This document shows positions 37,055 through 50,224 of a stretch of DNA of 64,000 nt, in pieces. Each line of letters begins with the position of its first letter. Positions within the stretch are counted from its first letter, which is position 1. This DNA is from Podarcis filfolensis (Eukaryota), in assembly GCA_964270895.1 (NCBI GenBank), contig OZ185441.1; one strand, written 5' to 3'. Below the pieces are notes generated by a model. The model was not told where the DNA came from and ran no database searches. It saw only the letters and a program-made list of their open reading frames with translations. A program made the translations under genes and the position numbers.

Positions 37055-39457
37055 ATGGAAGAAACCCAGAGACTCGGGAGTTGCAGAAAAGGAATCCTTC
37101 AATGCCTTGTCATGGTGACTATCTGGAAGCTAATTTCTGGGCAGATCCGCTATTCCATTCCTGAGGAGATGCAGAAAGGCTCTTTTGTGGGGAATGTTGC
37201 AAAGGACCTGGGAATGGATGGGAAGCAGCTTTCAGACCATGGACTCCGCATTGTTTCCAGTGTAGGTATGGTTCAGTATTTTGCTTTGAATGTCAACAAT
37301 GGCCATTTACAGATTTCTGAGAGAATAGATAGAGAGGAAATCTGTGGAGAGACAGACAAATGCATATTGAAGTTGCAGGTTTTTATTGAAAGTAAATTAA
37401 AACTTTATGGTATTGAAGTGGAAATTACGGATATAAATGATAATGCACCTTGGTTTCTACCAAAGGAATGGAAAATGAAAATCAGTGAGACATCAACACT
37501 TAGAGACAGGTTTCTTCTACCCAAAGCGCAGGATCCAGATCTAGGGATAAATTCTATACAAGATTATCAACTTGCAGGCAGTAGCCATTTTTCTCTGCAT
37601 GTGCAGACAGGAGAAAATGGGGCAAGACATGCTGAGCTGGTGCTGGAGAAACTTCTGGACAGGGAAGAGCAACCAGTTTATGATCTCATCTTCACAGCTA
37701 CTGATGGGGGTGATCCAGTGAGATCTGGTACTGCTCAAATTCATGTGATTGTTCTAGATGCAAATGACAATGCACCGATTTTCACGCAACAAATCTTTGA
37801 AGCAAGCATGAATGAAAATATTCCTAAAGGGTCGATAGTGTGCACAGTGAGAGCCACCGATGTTGATGAAGGAACCAATGGAGAGGTAAAATACTCCTTT
37901 GAAAAAAACACAGAGAAAAATTCTAAAATGTTTCTACTGAATTCAACAACAGGAGACATTACCCTTGCAGGAAGCCTTGACTTTGAAATATCATCCTTAT
38001 ATGAATTTGAGGTGCAAGCCATTGATGGTGGTGGTCTAAGTAACAGATCAAAGGCTGTTATCTTTGTAAAAGACTTAAATGATAATGCACCTGAAATAGC
38101 AATAACTTTTGTTCTCAACTCTGTGTCTGAGAACACACCAACTGGAACTGTCATTGCCATTTTAAATGTCCAAGACAGAGATTCAGGAGTCAATGGGGAA
38201 GTTATATGCTCAATTCCCAATAGCCTTCCTTTTCAACTTAAAAAAACAATGGACAGTTTTTACACTTTAGTGACAGACAGAGCCCTTGACAGGGAACAAG
38301 TGGCGACCTATGATATCCCTATTACAGCAACTGATAATGGGACTCCGACATTATCAACCTCTGCAATTATTTCACTGCAGCTGTTAGACACAAATGACAA
38401 CCCCCCAGTCTTTTTACAGTTAGCCTACACCTCTTATCTCCTAGAAAATAATCCAAGAGGTGCCTCAGTCTTTTCCCTGAAAGCAAGTGATCCAGACTGG
38501 GAAGAGAATTCCAGAATAGTATATTCCATCACTGATGACCAAGGAAGTGACTCCCGCCTCTCCTCCTACCTCTCCATTAACTCTGAGACAGGGGTTATAT
38601 ATGCTCTGACCTCCTTTGATTATGAAGAGTTTCGAGACGTTCGGTTCCGTGTAAAGGCTCAGGACGGAGGTTCTCCACCACTCAGCTCCAATGTCTCAGT
38701 GACACTCTTCATCCTGGACCAGAATGACAATGCTCCCCAAATCCTGTACCCCTCCCCTCCCACTGACGGCTCCACGGGGATAGAGCTGGCCCCTTGCTCC
38801 TCGGAGCCAGGCTACCTGGTCACTAAGGTGGTGGCCGTGGATGCAGACTCTGGCCAGAATGCCTGGCTCTCCTACCAGCTGATCAAGGCCACCGAGCCAG
38901 GGCTCTTCACTCTGGGGCTCCACACGGGAGAGATCAGGACGGCCCGCTTCTTTCTGGAGAAAGATGCCCTCAAGCAAAGCCTGGTAGTTTTAGTGAAGGA
39001 CAATGGGCAGCCACCTCTCTCTGCTTCAGCCACTCTAACTGTGGTCCTGGCTGACGCCATCCCTGCAATTCTCTCAGACCTGAGCAGCATCTCAGCTCCT
39101 GTAGAGCCTCCGTCAGACCTCACTTTCTACCTGGTCCTTGCAGTGGCTTTTGTCTCCTGCTTGTTCTTCACTTTCCTCCTTGTGTTGCTGGCCATCAAGT
39201 TGCACAGGTGGAGAAATTCTCAGCTGCTTGAGTCGGGGACTGTGAATTTCAGTGGTGCTCCTATCTCACAGTTTGTGGGGATTGACGGAGTCCGAGCATT
39301 TCTGCACTCCTACTGCCAGGAGGTTTCTCTCACTACAGACTCTAGAAAGGCAAATTATTCCAATACTCTGAGCAATAAAGAGGCTTGTGAGGCAAAGGAT
39401 CCAATCCTACCTGGTGAAGATTTAAACTTGAACAATGAAGGCTTAATCGTAGTCCAG
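37055..39457 (+). CDS. PCDHGA: Protocadherin gamma A-like variable exon 6 (801 codons; unspliced stop 39475)
   Basis: 806-aa ORF, six EC repeats, gA tail with a 7-codon deletion; CAG|GTGAGC donor at 39457/39458. Confidence 0.95.
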
Positions 39458-41392
39458 GTGAGCAAACAATTTTAGATTAACATGCTTTTTTGTTGTTTTA
39501 TTAATATCAGAATATATTTCCCATTTGCCTCTGCTTTCTCATTATATTCAGAACTATGTCAGTCTTCTTTTTATTCCGTTCAGCTCTTCCTTCTTTTAGT
39601 CATCACTGCGTATGTGATCCTTCTGTGAAGTATCTTCTTTCATCAAATCTTTATCTTGATGCATCAGGTGACCAATCTTTGCCTCATTTGTGTTACTTCG
39701 GACTGCTTGTGGGGGCTCAAAAAACAGAATGCTCTGTAAGAAAACATAGTTCCCTACATGTTGCAAACAATCATGCCTGGGAGACAGTTATTAGCCTAAT
39801 TTTATTTCTCTCACCTAGTTTTTATGTGGAAGTGTATTTCCCAACCAGTATTGATCAAGACTTCAGTATGTGGGTTCTTGTTTAATTTACGGATGGATTT
39901 GGTGCATTCTTAATTGTTTTAACTTTGACTGTTGTATTTTGTTTTTATCTCATTTCTGCATGACATTTCCAAAAGTTGGGATGGATGGATAGACAGCTAG
40001 TATATCAATAAATGAGTATATAAATGTAAGCAGCCACCTATCTCGGTACTGGCAAGACATAGGTTTACTGCCTCGGTGAGCACTAGAAACTAGGGGCCTA
40101 TGAGAAGTCAGTGTCCACTCCAGGCATTCAGGCAGACAAGCTCTTAAACTGGAAGCAAAGTGATTCATTGTTCTTTTTTTCCCCAAGCAGCTTGTACACT
40201 ACAAATACCTACTGTGGTCTGCATGGACAGATAGGATAGTCAAACATCTAGTCAGCAAGTAACTTTGGTGGACTTGTTTGCATGTCCATGGTACTTCATA
40301 GGGACTTCTCTGATAGTAAGTAACCCCTTTCCACTACACTCCCTCCAGAAAGCTGATATTGATATTCCCATTGCCAAAAGGCTTGTTATGTCATTTTCCA
40401 AAAGCAGTTATGGTTTTACTTAACCTTTTATTGACTGAGATATTATTGATGTTTGTATATTTTAGAATGATAAGATAAGGAGACTTAATTGGGGAGGGGA
40501 CTCTGGGAATAAAAAAGAAAAAAATGCAAGCAATTGTATATAAGATTGGTTGCATTATGTTCCTTATAACTTGGAACCTTCACCCTGTGTCAGAAAACAA
40601 CAGCAACACACTAACTTTTTTTGGGGGGGTGGGTTCTACCCCAATGAGATTTCCAATATAAGGGGAGGGTAGAATTTTGAATCCCAGAAAATATATGTGT
40701 CTGTGGTGTCAGAAGAAGAGTGCTTGAGTGTCCAAAAATCCCAAGCCGGAAAACACTTATTTGTAGGATGTGTTTCTGACCCCATTAAGAAACTCACAAG
40801 AAAACTGTCCTGGGATAGAGAGATGTCCCCAAACAAGATTATATGGTTTGTGCCAAGTTATTGACACAGATGTAACTCGTAGGGGCTGAACTTTGGAGAT
40901 ATTGTAGGGGTGACCATTTGTGACAATGTCCTGGAAGTCCATTTATTGCAGAATGAAAACTACACTGGAGAGGGGGTGGGGATGCTTTGATTCACAGAAA
41001 ATTGCATGAGAGAAACTGGAAATGATTTATTACTTAGGAACATTGTGGGGGAAATGGTTCTAGAAATAGTTGCTTTAAATTATTGTAAATACAAGTGGTA
41101 AAATATTTTGATCACATTAATCAAATGCACATTGGTTAGTTTGGTCTTTCAGTATTTTATTTCTTTGCAGAAATTATTTAAACAGAATAATGCAAAAGTA
41201 TAGAGATATTAATGCTATGTTTAAACTGGATGAAAGACAGATAGCAAATAACATACAAATTTTTTACGTGTTATCTCTTTTATAAAGAGTGCAGGTAGCT
41301 TTAGTCCAGGTCCTATGGGAAGATTTTAAATACAAGTTCTACCATCTTTTTTAATCACTTTAATTCAGCGAGGACCCAGTTTTCTTTGATTT

Positions 41393-41652
41393 ACCGTATT
41401 TTTTGCTCTATAAGACTCACTTTTTCCCTCCTAAAAAGTAAGGGGAAATGTGTGTGCGTCTTATGGAGCGAATGCAGGCTGCGCAGCTATCCCAGAAGCC
41501 AGAACAGCAAGAGGGATTGCTGCTTTCGCTGCGCAGCGCTCCCTCTTGCTGTTCTGGCTTCTGGGATTCAGAATATTTTTTTTCTTGTTTTCCTCCTCCA
41601 AAAACTAGGTGCGTCTTGTGGTCTGGTGCGTCTTATAGAGCGTAAAATACGG
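41393..41652. mobile_element. Tc1/mariner-pogo MITE with perfect internal hairpin
   Basis: TIRs CCGTATTTTTTGCTCTATAAGAC / GTCTTATAGAGCGTAAAATACGG with TA TSDs; empty site in the paralogous spacer at about 46915. Confidence 0.9.
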
Positions 41653-42244
41653 TAATTTCAAACATAAAATGGGGTTCATCAGTACCGTTAGCTAAACCTC
41701 CCTGCCATTTCTTCCCCTTTTCAAGTAAAAAAAAAAAAAATCACCTTTGTGTGGGGTGCTAGTATTAACTGTCAATGGGCAGAGGTAGAAAAGTCCTAAC
41801 CTTGAACCAGAAATGATGCACAGAAGTGGAATTTCCTGCCAGAGAGGATGTCAAGTGTATTTCCCTCTGCCTCCTGATCCAATGAAGGAGACATTGACAA
41901 ACCTTGTGTACCCTGACAAGGAATTACACTCCTTAAATGACCTAGAAGACCCCAATTTCTTTAGAAGCCTCTGGAAACAAAGCTTCTATATCTGATGAGC
42001 CCTCCTCACCAACAAGCATCCCCTCTCTACTATTCCTATGGTTTTTCTTGGTTTTTCTTCACTTATTTTTAAAGAAAGAAAATAAAGCAATGATGCTGAA
42101 TGGTGAGGGACTGGGAAGCAAAGAGGATGCACACAAGTGATGGAGAAGAAATTTGTTTCTGACTGCATTTAGAGGTGAACATGTATAACAAGCAATTCCC
42201 TACTTAAGAGATAAAATTCCATGTAGAATTATAGAAATAGTAAA

Positions 42245-42278
42245 AGCAGTTCCCCGTGTGGACTCAGAGTGTCACTGT
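42245..42278 (+). promoter_or_regulatory. Pcdh CSE / CTCF site, CACT variant (exon 7)
   Basis: GCAGTTCC...GACTCAGAGTGTCACTG; CACT at 42273, 245 nt before ATG. Confidence 0.8.
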
Positions 42279-42517
42279 TGGACAACATGGGAGCAGCCAT
42301 GGCTCAGCATTTCTGAGACTCTTGTGGAGCAGTCTCTCTCTCTTAACACTTCAGCTGAGCAGAAAGGAAAACCTTTTATTTTAAAAGCTGCTCAAGAAAG
42401 GAAAGCCCTCAGCTTCCCAAAGATCGGCTCAAAAGAACAATATTTCTATTATCTTACATAAGTCTACTGGGAGTCTTGAAAACTGAAGTGAAAGAGGAGG
42501 AGAAATCAGGAAAGGCA

Positions 42518-44947
42518 ATGGATGTGATGGAAGTAAAGCAGGCAGAGAGAACAAGGAAGATCATGAGGAGGCAAGTACTGTTTCTGATCATATTCTGGTC
42601 TGTGTTCTGCTGCCAGGTGGTGTCTGAGAAGGTTCAGTATTCAGTTCCAGAGGAAGCAGAGCAGGGCTCCTTTGTGGGGAATCTTGCTAAAGACCTGGGG
42701 TTGGATGTCAGAGAGCTGTCAAAGCGCAAGCTTGGTATTTCTTCAGAAAAGAAATTCTTTGATCTGAATGAACAAAATGGCAACCTGTATGTGAATGAGA
42801 GGATAGACCGGGAACAGATTTGTGGGGAATCATCTACTTGTGTCCTTAAATTAGAAGTTGTGGCACACAATCCTTTGAATATTTTCCATGTAAATATTTT
42901 TATTCAGGACATTAATGACAATGCCCCACATTTCCAGAATGAAAATATTGAGCTTAAATTTAGTGAATCTACTCTGCCAGGAACTAAATTTGCTCTTGGA
43001 AATGCTGAAGATGATGATATCGGAATGAACTCCCTCCAGAATTATCAGTTGAGCTCAACTCCATATTTCAAACTAGAAATTCAAGCTGGCGATGATGGTT
43101 CCAAATATGCAGAATTAATATTACAGAAACAACTGGACAGGGAAAAGGAACAGATGCACCACATGGTCCTAACAGCCATGGATGGTGGAGAACCTCCAAA
43201 AACCGGAACAGCCAAAATATTGGTAACAGTTATTGATATTAATGACAATGCCCCTGTTTTCACCCAGACAAACTATAAAGTGAGCCTGAAGGAGAGTGCA
43301 CCCAAAGGAACTTCTGTGCTTCAAGTCAAAGCATCTGACAGTGATGAAGGGTCAAATGCTGAGATCACTTATACTTTCAGTGACATCCCAAAAACAGCCA
43401 AACAGAAGTTTCATCTGGATCCCAGAGACGGAACAGTTACACTTATAGAAAGTGTTGATTTTGAGGACAGACAAAAATATGTTATGAAAATTCAGGCAAG
43501 TGATGGAGGAGGATTGGCGGCACATTGCAATGTGGAGATTGAGGTTCTTGATGAGAATGACAATGCTCCAGATGTGATCCTTACATCCGTGTCCAGCCCA
43601 GTTCCTGAAGATGTCACATCTGGAGCTGTGATTGCTCTCATTAAAGTTCAGGACAGGGATTCTGGGGATAATGGAGAAATCATCTGTCACCTGAAGGAAC
43701 TTGTACCTTTCCTGATAGTCTCATCTTCGGATAATTACTTCAAGCTCCTCATAGATGGTGCCCTTGACAGAGAAAGGACTCCTGAGTATAATATTACAAT
43801 CACAGCCACAGACAAAGGCACACCTCCACTCTCCACACACAAAACTATATCAATACAGATCTCAGATATCAATGATAACCCACCAGCCTTTGAAAAATCT
43901 TCCTACACTGCCTACATTCCAGAGAACAACCCATCTGGAGCTTCAATTTTCCACATCAAGGCCTCTGACCCAGATCTGGATCGCAATGCCAGAATCACTT
44001 ACGCCATCCTTAACAGCAACATCAAGGATCTGCCTCTTTCCTCCTATGTCTCCATTAACTCTGAGACTGGAATCATCTATGCCCAACGCTCCTTTGACTA
44101 TGAGCAATTCAGGGAGTTTCAGATTCAAGTGAAGGCCCAAGATGGAGGTTCTCCACCACTCAATAGCAGTGCCACAGTGACAGTATGTGTTTTGGATCGA
44201 AATGATAACGCTCCGCAGATCCTGTACCCCTCACAATCAACAGAGAGCTCACCTTTCTTTGAGATGGTGCCTCGGTCAGCTGAGTCGGGTTATCTGGTGA
44301 CGAAGGTGGTGGCCGTGGACTCTGATTCGGGACACAATGCCTGGCTCTCCTTCCATCTCCTGCAGGCCACAGAGCCCTCACTCTTCAGCATTGGCTCCCA
44401 CACAGGAGAGGTGCAAACAGTCCGAGCATTACTTGAGAGAGATGCAGTGAAGCAGAGGCTGGTCATCCTGGTGAAGGACAATGGGCATCCTCCTCTCTCA
44501 GCCACCACAACGTTGAGCCTGGTGTTTGCTGAGAACTTCCAGGAGGCTCTTCCAGAAATGAACTCCCAACCAAATGACTCAGAGTATCAGTCTGATCTAC
44601 AGTTTTATTTGGTATTGGCCTTGACCTTGGTGTCTTTTCTGTTCTTGGTGACAGTGATTCTGACCATTCTGATGAAGCTTCGAAGGTCAAGGAACCCCAC
44701 TTTCCTTCAGTGCTTTATTCCTGACCCCCACTCAAAGGCTGGTGCCATATTCCCACCCAATTATGAGGACGGAACTTTGCCTTATTCCTATCAGGTCTGT
44801 CTGTCCTCTGAATCCAGGAGGAATGAGCTGACATTCCTGCAGCCCACTGTCCAAATAGCAGAGAACATCCTTTGCAATGGCAACTCTGACATTTCTTTGA
44901 TGGTCAGTGGAGGTAATTTAAATTCTGAAAAGGAAAATGACAGCATG
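42518..44947 (+). CDS. PCDHGB: Protocadherin gamma B-like variable exon 7 (810 codons; unspliced stop 44986)
   Basis: The ORF track starts at TTG 42476, but the paralogous ATG is at 42518; gB tail; ATG|GTGAGT donor at 44947/44948. Confidence 0.93.
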
Positions 44948-46039
44948 GTGAGTTATATTGCATTTTGTATGTGTGTGTGGAATTAGGTGTGTTATCACTT
45001 GTTTGAGAGTTTAATTGTATACAGTGGATGTTATCAGACTGGCATCTGAGACAATTCATGCCATGTTACCAGGAAGGTAGGTAGGGAGTAATACTGAGCT
45101 GCTACTGCTGCAGAGCAGCCTAATGGGATGCATTTTTCAGCAGTTGTTGAGGGAGATAACTGCAAATTGTCAAAACCTCAGTCTGAATTATCTAGATGCC
45201 TATCTTCATGCTGACTTAGGGTAATGATCTGGGACCACAGCAATGCATGTTTTAGTGGAGACAGTGCTAAATTGTTCTCTTTCTTTCTTTCTTTCTTTGC
45301 AGCATGACTAAAATTGAATATGTAGCTATTTTAATGTTCTCTCTTTAAGAATATACAGTATATGCAAGAACAAACACAAAAACATCCTACATAGTATACG
45401 CTTCAAGAAGTTTGCAATTTTTTAAGTTATTGGCAAAATTCTCCTTATTATCAAACTAGATATTGGGAAGTTTGTGGAGAGCTTTTTATGTGTTATGGGG
45501 AAGGAAATAGCGGATTGAACATCTTTTGTTGGCAGTCTGCCCGCAGAGAGTATTACATGGTGATTGATAATAGCCAGACATAAGTCTTGGTTCCCATATT
45601 CATTTCGGGGGAAAAGAGTGAACAAGAGATTTATCTCTGGTGCTTTGAAAAAGCTGTTTTCTGTGTCAAGAGACCAAGAAGCAGTCAGCTCCTAGGAACT
45701 CGGATGGGGGTTAAGCGACTTGAGAGCTGAGGAATTTACATCTTGTCCTAAAGCCATGTAAGAGCCATGATGGGTATGGGATCTGCAAAAGTCTCCCTTT
45801 CCTAATTATATTTGGGACAGTTATAATTTATAACTGAGGGAGATTTGTCCAGTTTTAGCAATGGAAATCTGTATTTTTGTATTTTTTAGATTGAGAGTAT
45901 ATAAATGTTCTACATCGTTAAACTTTTATATTATTAAAAATGAATAAAAATAATATTTTTAAAATGACAGCCATAATTTAAAGCACACAGAAAGTTAAAA
46001 TCACAACAGAATAGATTAATACAAATTAAAGCAAATTAA

Positions 46040-47794
46040 AAATGCAAGCAATCGTATGTAAGATTGATTGCATTATGCTCCTTATACCTTGGAACCTTTA
46101 CTGTTGGAAAAAAACAGCAACACACTAATTCTTTGGAAGGGGTGGGGTGTTTCTAACCCAGTGAGATTTCCAATGTATGGTGGGGGTAGAATTTTGAATC
46201 CCAGAAAATATATGTGTCTGTGGTGTCAGAAGAAGAGTGCTTGACAATGTCCAAACATCCCAAGCTGGACAACACTTATTTGTGGGATGTGTTTCTGACC
46301 CCATTAAGAAACTCACAAGAAAACTGTCCTTGGTTAGAGAGATGTCCCCAAACAACATTAAATGGTTTGTGCCAAGTTAGTGACACAGCTGTAAGTGGTA
46401 GGGGCTGAACTTTGGAGATATTGTAGGGGTGACCATTTGTGACAATGTCCTGGAAGTACGTTCATTGCAGAATCAAAACTGCACTGGAGCGTGTGGGGTG
46501 GCAATGCTTTTATTCACACAAAATTGTATGATGGTTAAAGAGCAACTGGAAATGATTTAATATTGGGAACACATGGGAATAAATGGTGCTAGAAATAGTT
46601 GCATTGCATTATTGTAAATACAAGTGGTAAAATATTTTGATCACATTAATCAAATGCACATTGGTTAGTTTGGTCTTTCAGTATTTTATTTCTTTACAGA
46701 AACTTTTAAAATGTAATTATGCAAAGTATAGAGATATTAATGCTATGTTTAAACTGGATGAAAGACAGCAAATAACATAATAATGCATTACATGTTATCT
46801 ATTTTATAAAGAGTGCAGCTAGCTTTAGTCCAGGTCCTATGGTAAGATTTTAAATATAAGTTCTCCCATCTTTTTTAATCACTTTAATTCAGTGAGGACC
46901 CAGTTTTCTTTGAATTAGTTTCAAACATAAAATGGGGTTCATCAGTACCGTTAGCTAAACCTCCCTGCCATTTCTTCCCCATTTCAAGTAAAAAAAATCA
47001 CCTTTGAAAAGGTGTGAGGTGCTGGTGGGAACTGTCAATGGACAGAGGTAATACAGTCCTAACCTTGAACCAGAAATGATGTTCCTGAACATGCACAGAA
47101 GTGGAATTTCCTGCCAGAGAGGATGTAAAGTGTAGTTCCCTCTGCCTCCTGATCCAATAAAGGAGACATTGACAAACCTTGTGTACCCTGACAAGGAATT
47201 ACACTCCTTAAATGACCTAGAAGACCACAATTTCTTTAGAAGCCTCTGGAAACAAAGCTTCTATGTCTGATGAGCCCTCCTCACCAACAATCATCCCCTC
47301 CTCTACTATTCCTATTGTTTTCTTGTGTTTTTTCCCCACTTGTTTTTAAAGAAAGAAAATAAAGCAATGATGCTGAATGGTGAGGGACTGGGAAGCGAAG
47401 AGGATGCACACAAGTGATGGAGAAGAAAATTGTTTCTGATTGCATTTAGAGGTGAACATGTATTACAAGCAATTCCCTACTTAAGAGATAAAATTCCATG
47501 TAGAATTATAGAAATAGTAAAAGCAGTTCACCGTATGGACTCAGAGTGTCACTGTTGGACAACGTGGGAGCAGCCATGGCTCAGCATTTCTGAGACTCTT
47601 GGAGCAGTCTCTCTCTCTCTTAACACTTCAGCTGAGCAGAAAGGAAAAGCTTTTATTTTAAAAGCTGCGCAAGAAAGGAAAGCTCTCAGTTTCCCAAAGA
47701 TCAGCTCAAAAGAACAGTATTTCTGTTATCTCACATAAGTGTACTGGGAGTCTTGAAAACTGAAGTGAAAGAGGAGGAGAAATCAGAAACAACA
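46040..47794 (+). repeat. Duplicate of the gB7 upstream region (40520-42517)
   Basis: Collinear high similarity, lacking the 41393-41652 MITE. Confidence 0.85.
47522..47555 (+). promoter_or_regulatory. Pcdh CSE / CTCF site, CACT variant (exon 8)
   Basis: GCAGTTCA...GACTCAGAGTGTCACTG; CACT at 47550, 245 nt before ATG. Confidence 0.8.
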
Positions 47795-50224
47795 ATGGAT
47801 GTGATGGAAATAAAGCAGGCAGAGAGAACAAGGAAGATCATCAGGTGGCAAGTACTGTTTCTGTTCATATTCTGGTCTGTGTTCTTCTGCCAGGTGGTGT
47901 CTGAGCAGGTTCAGTATTCAGTTCCAGAGGAAGCAGAGCAGGGCTCCTTTGTGGGGAACCTTGCTAAAGATCTGGGGTTGGATGTCAGAGAGCTGTCAAA
48001 ACGCAAGCTTGGTATTTCGTCAGAAAAGCAATTCTTTGATCTGAATGAACAAAATGGCTACCTATATGTGAATGAGAGGATAGACCGGGAAGAGATCTGT
48101 GGGGAATCATCCACTTGTGTCCTCAAATTAGAAGTTGTGGCACACAATCCTTTGAATATTTTCCACGTAAATATTTTTATCCAGGACATCAATGATAATG
48201 CCCCACATTTCCAAAATGAAAATATTGAGCTTGAATTGAGTGAGTCTACTCTGCCAGGAACTAGATTTGCTCTTGGAAATGCTGAAGATGATGATATTGG
48301 AATAAACTCCCTCCAGAATTATCAATTGAGCTCCACTCCATATTTCAAACTAGAAATTCAAGCTGGCAATGATGGTGGCAAATATGCAGAATTAATATTG
48401 CAGAAACAATTGGACAGGGAAAAGGAACAGATGCACCACATGGTCCTTACAGCCATGGATGGTGGAGAACCTCCAAAAACCGGAACAGCCAAAATATTGG
48501 TAACAGTTATTGATATTAATGACAATGCTCCTGTTTTCACCCAGACAATCTATAAAGTGAGCCTGAAGGAGAGTGCACCCAAAGGAACCTCTGTGCTTCA
48601 AGTCAAAGCATCTGACAGTGACGAAGGGTCAAGTGCTGAGATCACTTATACTTTCAGTGATATCCCAAAAACAGCCAAGCAGAAGTTTCATCTCGATCCC
48701 AGAGATGGAACAATTACACTTATAGAAAGTGTTGATTTTGAGGACAGACAAAAATATGTGATGATAATTAAGGCAAGTGATGGAGGAGGCTTGGCAGCAC
48801 ATTGCAATGTGGAGATTGAGGTTCTTGATGAGAATGACAATGCCCCAGATGTGATCCTTACATCCGTGTCCAGCCCAGTTCCGGAAGATGTCACATCTGG
48901 AGCTGTGATTGCTCTCATTAAAGTTCAGGACAGGGATTCTGGGGATAATGGAGAAGTCACCTGTCACCTGAAGGAACTTGTACCTTTCCTGATAGTCTCA
49001 TCTTCGGATAATTATTTCAAGCTCCTCATAGATGGTGCCCTTGACAGAGAAAGGACTCATGAGTATAATATTACAATCACAGCCACAGACAAAGGCACAC
49101 CTCCACTCTCCACACACAAATCCATATCAATACAGATCTCAGATATCAATGATAACCCACCAGCCTTTGACAAATCTTCCTACACTGCTTACGTTCCAGA
49201 AAACAACCCATCTGGAGCTTCAATTTTCCATGTCAAGGCCTCTGACCCAGATCTGGATCGCAATGCCAGAATCACTTACTCCATCCTTCACAGCAACATC
49301 AAGGACCTGCCTCTTTCCTCCTATGTCTCCATTAACTCTGAGACTGGGATCATCTATGCCCAACGCTCCTTTGACTATGAGCAATTCAGGGAGTTTCAGG
49401 TTCAAGTGAAGGCCCAAGATGGAGGTTCTCCACCACTCAATAGCAGTGCCACAGTGACAGTATGTGTTTTGGATCGAAATGATAACGCTCCGCAGATCCT
49501 GTACCCCTCACAATCAACAGAGGGCTCACCTTTCTTTGAGATGGTGCCTCGGTCAGCTGAGTCGGGTTATCTGGTGACGAAGGTGGTGGCCGTGGACTCT
49601 GATTCAGGACACAATGCCTGGCTCTCCTTCCATCTCCTGCAGGCCACAGAGCCCTCACTCTTCAGCATTGGCTCCCACACAGGAGAGGTGCAAACAGTCC
49701 GAGCATTACTTGAGAGAGACGCAGTGAAGCAGAGGCTGGTCATCCTGGTGAAGGACAATGGGCATCCTCCTCTCTCAGCCACCACAACTTTGAGCCTGGT
49801 GTTTGCTGAGAACTTCCAGGAGGCTCTTCCAGAAATGAACTCCCAACCAAATGACTCAGAATATCAGTCTGATCTACAGTTTTATTTGGTATTGGCCTTG
49901 ACCTTGGTGTCCTTCCTGTTCCTGGTGACGGTGATTCTGACCATTCTGATGAAGCTTCGAAGGTCAAGGAACCCCACTTTCCTTCAGTGCTTTATTCCTG
50001 ACCCCCATTCAAAGGCTGGTGCCATATTCCCACCCAATTATGAGGATGGAACTTTGCCTTATTCCTACCAGGTCTGTCTGTCCTCTGAATCCCGGAGAAA
50101 TGAGTTGACTTTCCTGCAGCCCACTGTCCAAATAGCAGAGAACATCCTTTGCAATGGCAACTCTGACATTTCTTTGATGGTTAGTGGAGGCAATTTAATT
50201 TCTGAAAAGGAAAATGACAGCACG
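47795..50224 (+). CDS. PCDHGB: Protocadherin gamma B-like variable exon 8 (810 codons; unspliced stop 50251)
   Basis: The ORF track starts at TTG 47753; paralogous ATG at 47795; gB tail; ACG|GTGAGT donor at 50224/50225. Confidence 0.93.

Noticed and set aside
42258-42461. ORF MDSECHCWTTWEQPWL... over gB promoters (also 47430, 57941)
   Set aside because: It overlaps the CSE, has variable starts, and is frameshifted by the (CT)n tract in gB4.
42476-42517. N-terminal extensions of gB7 and gB8 from TTG starts
   Set aside because: gB4 and gB10 start at the downstream ATG with the same signal peptide; the extension is 5'UTR.
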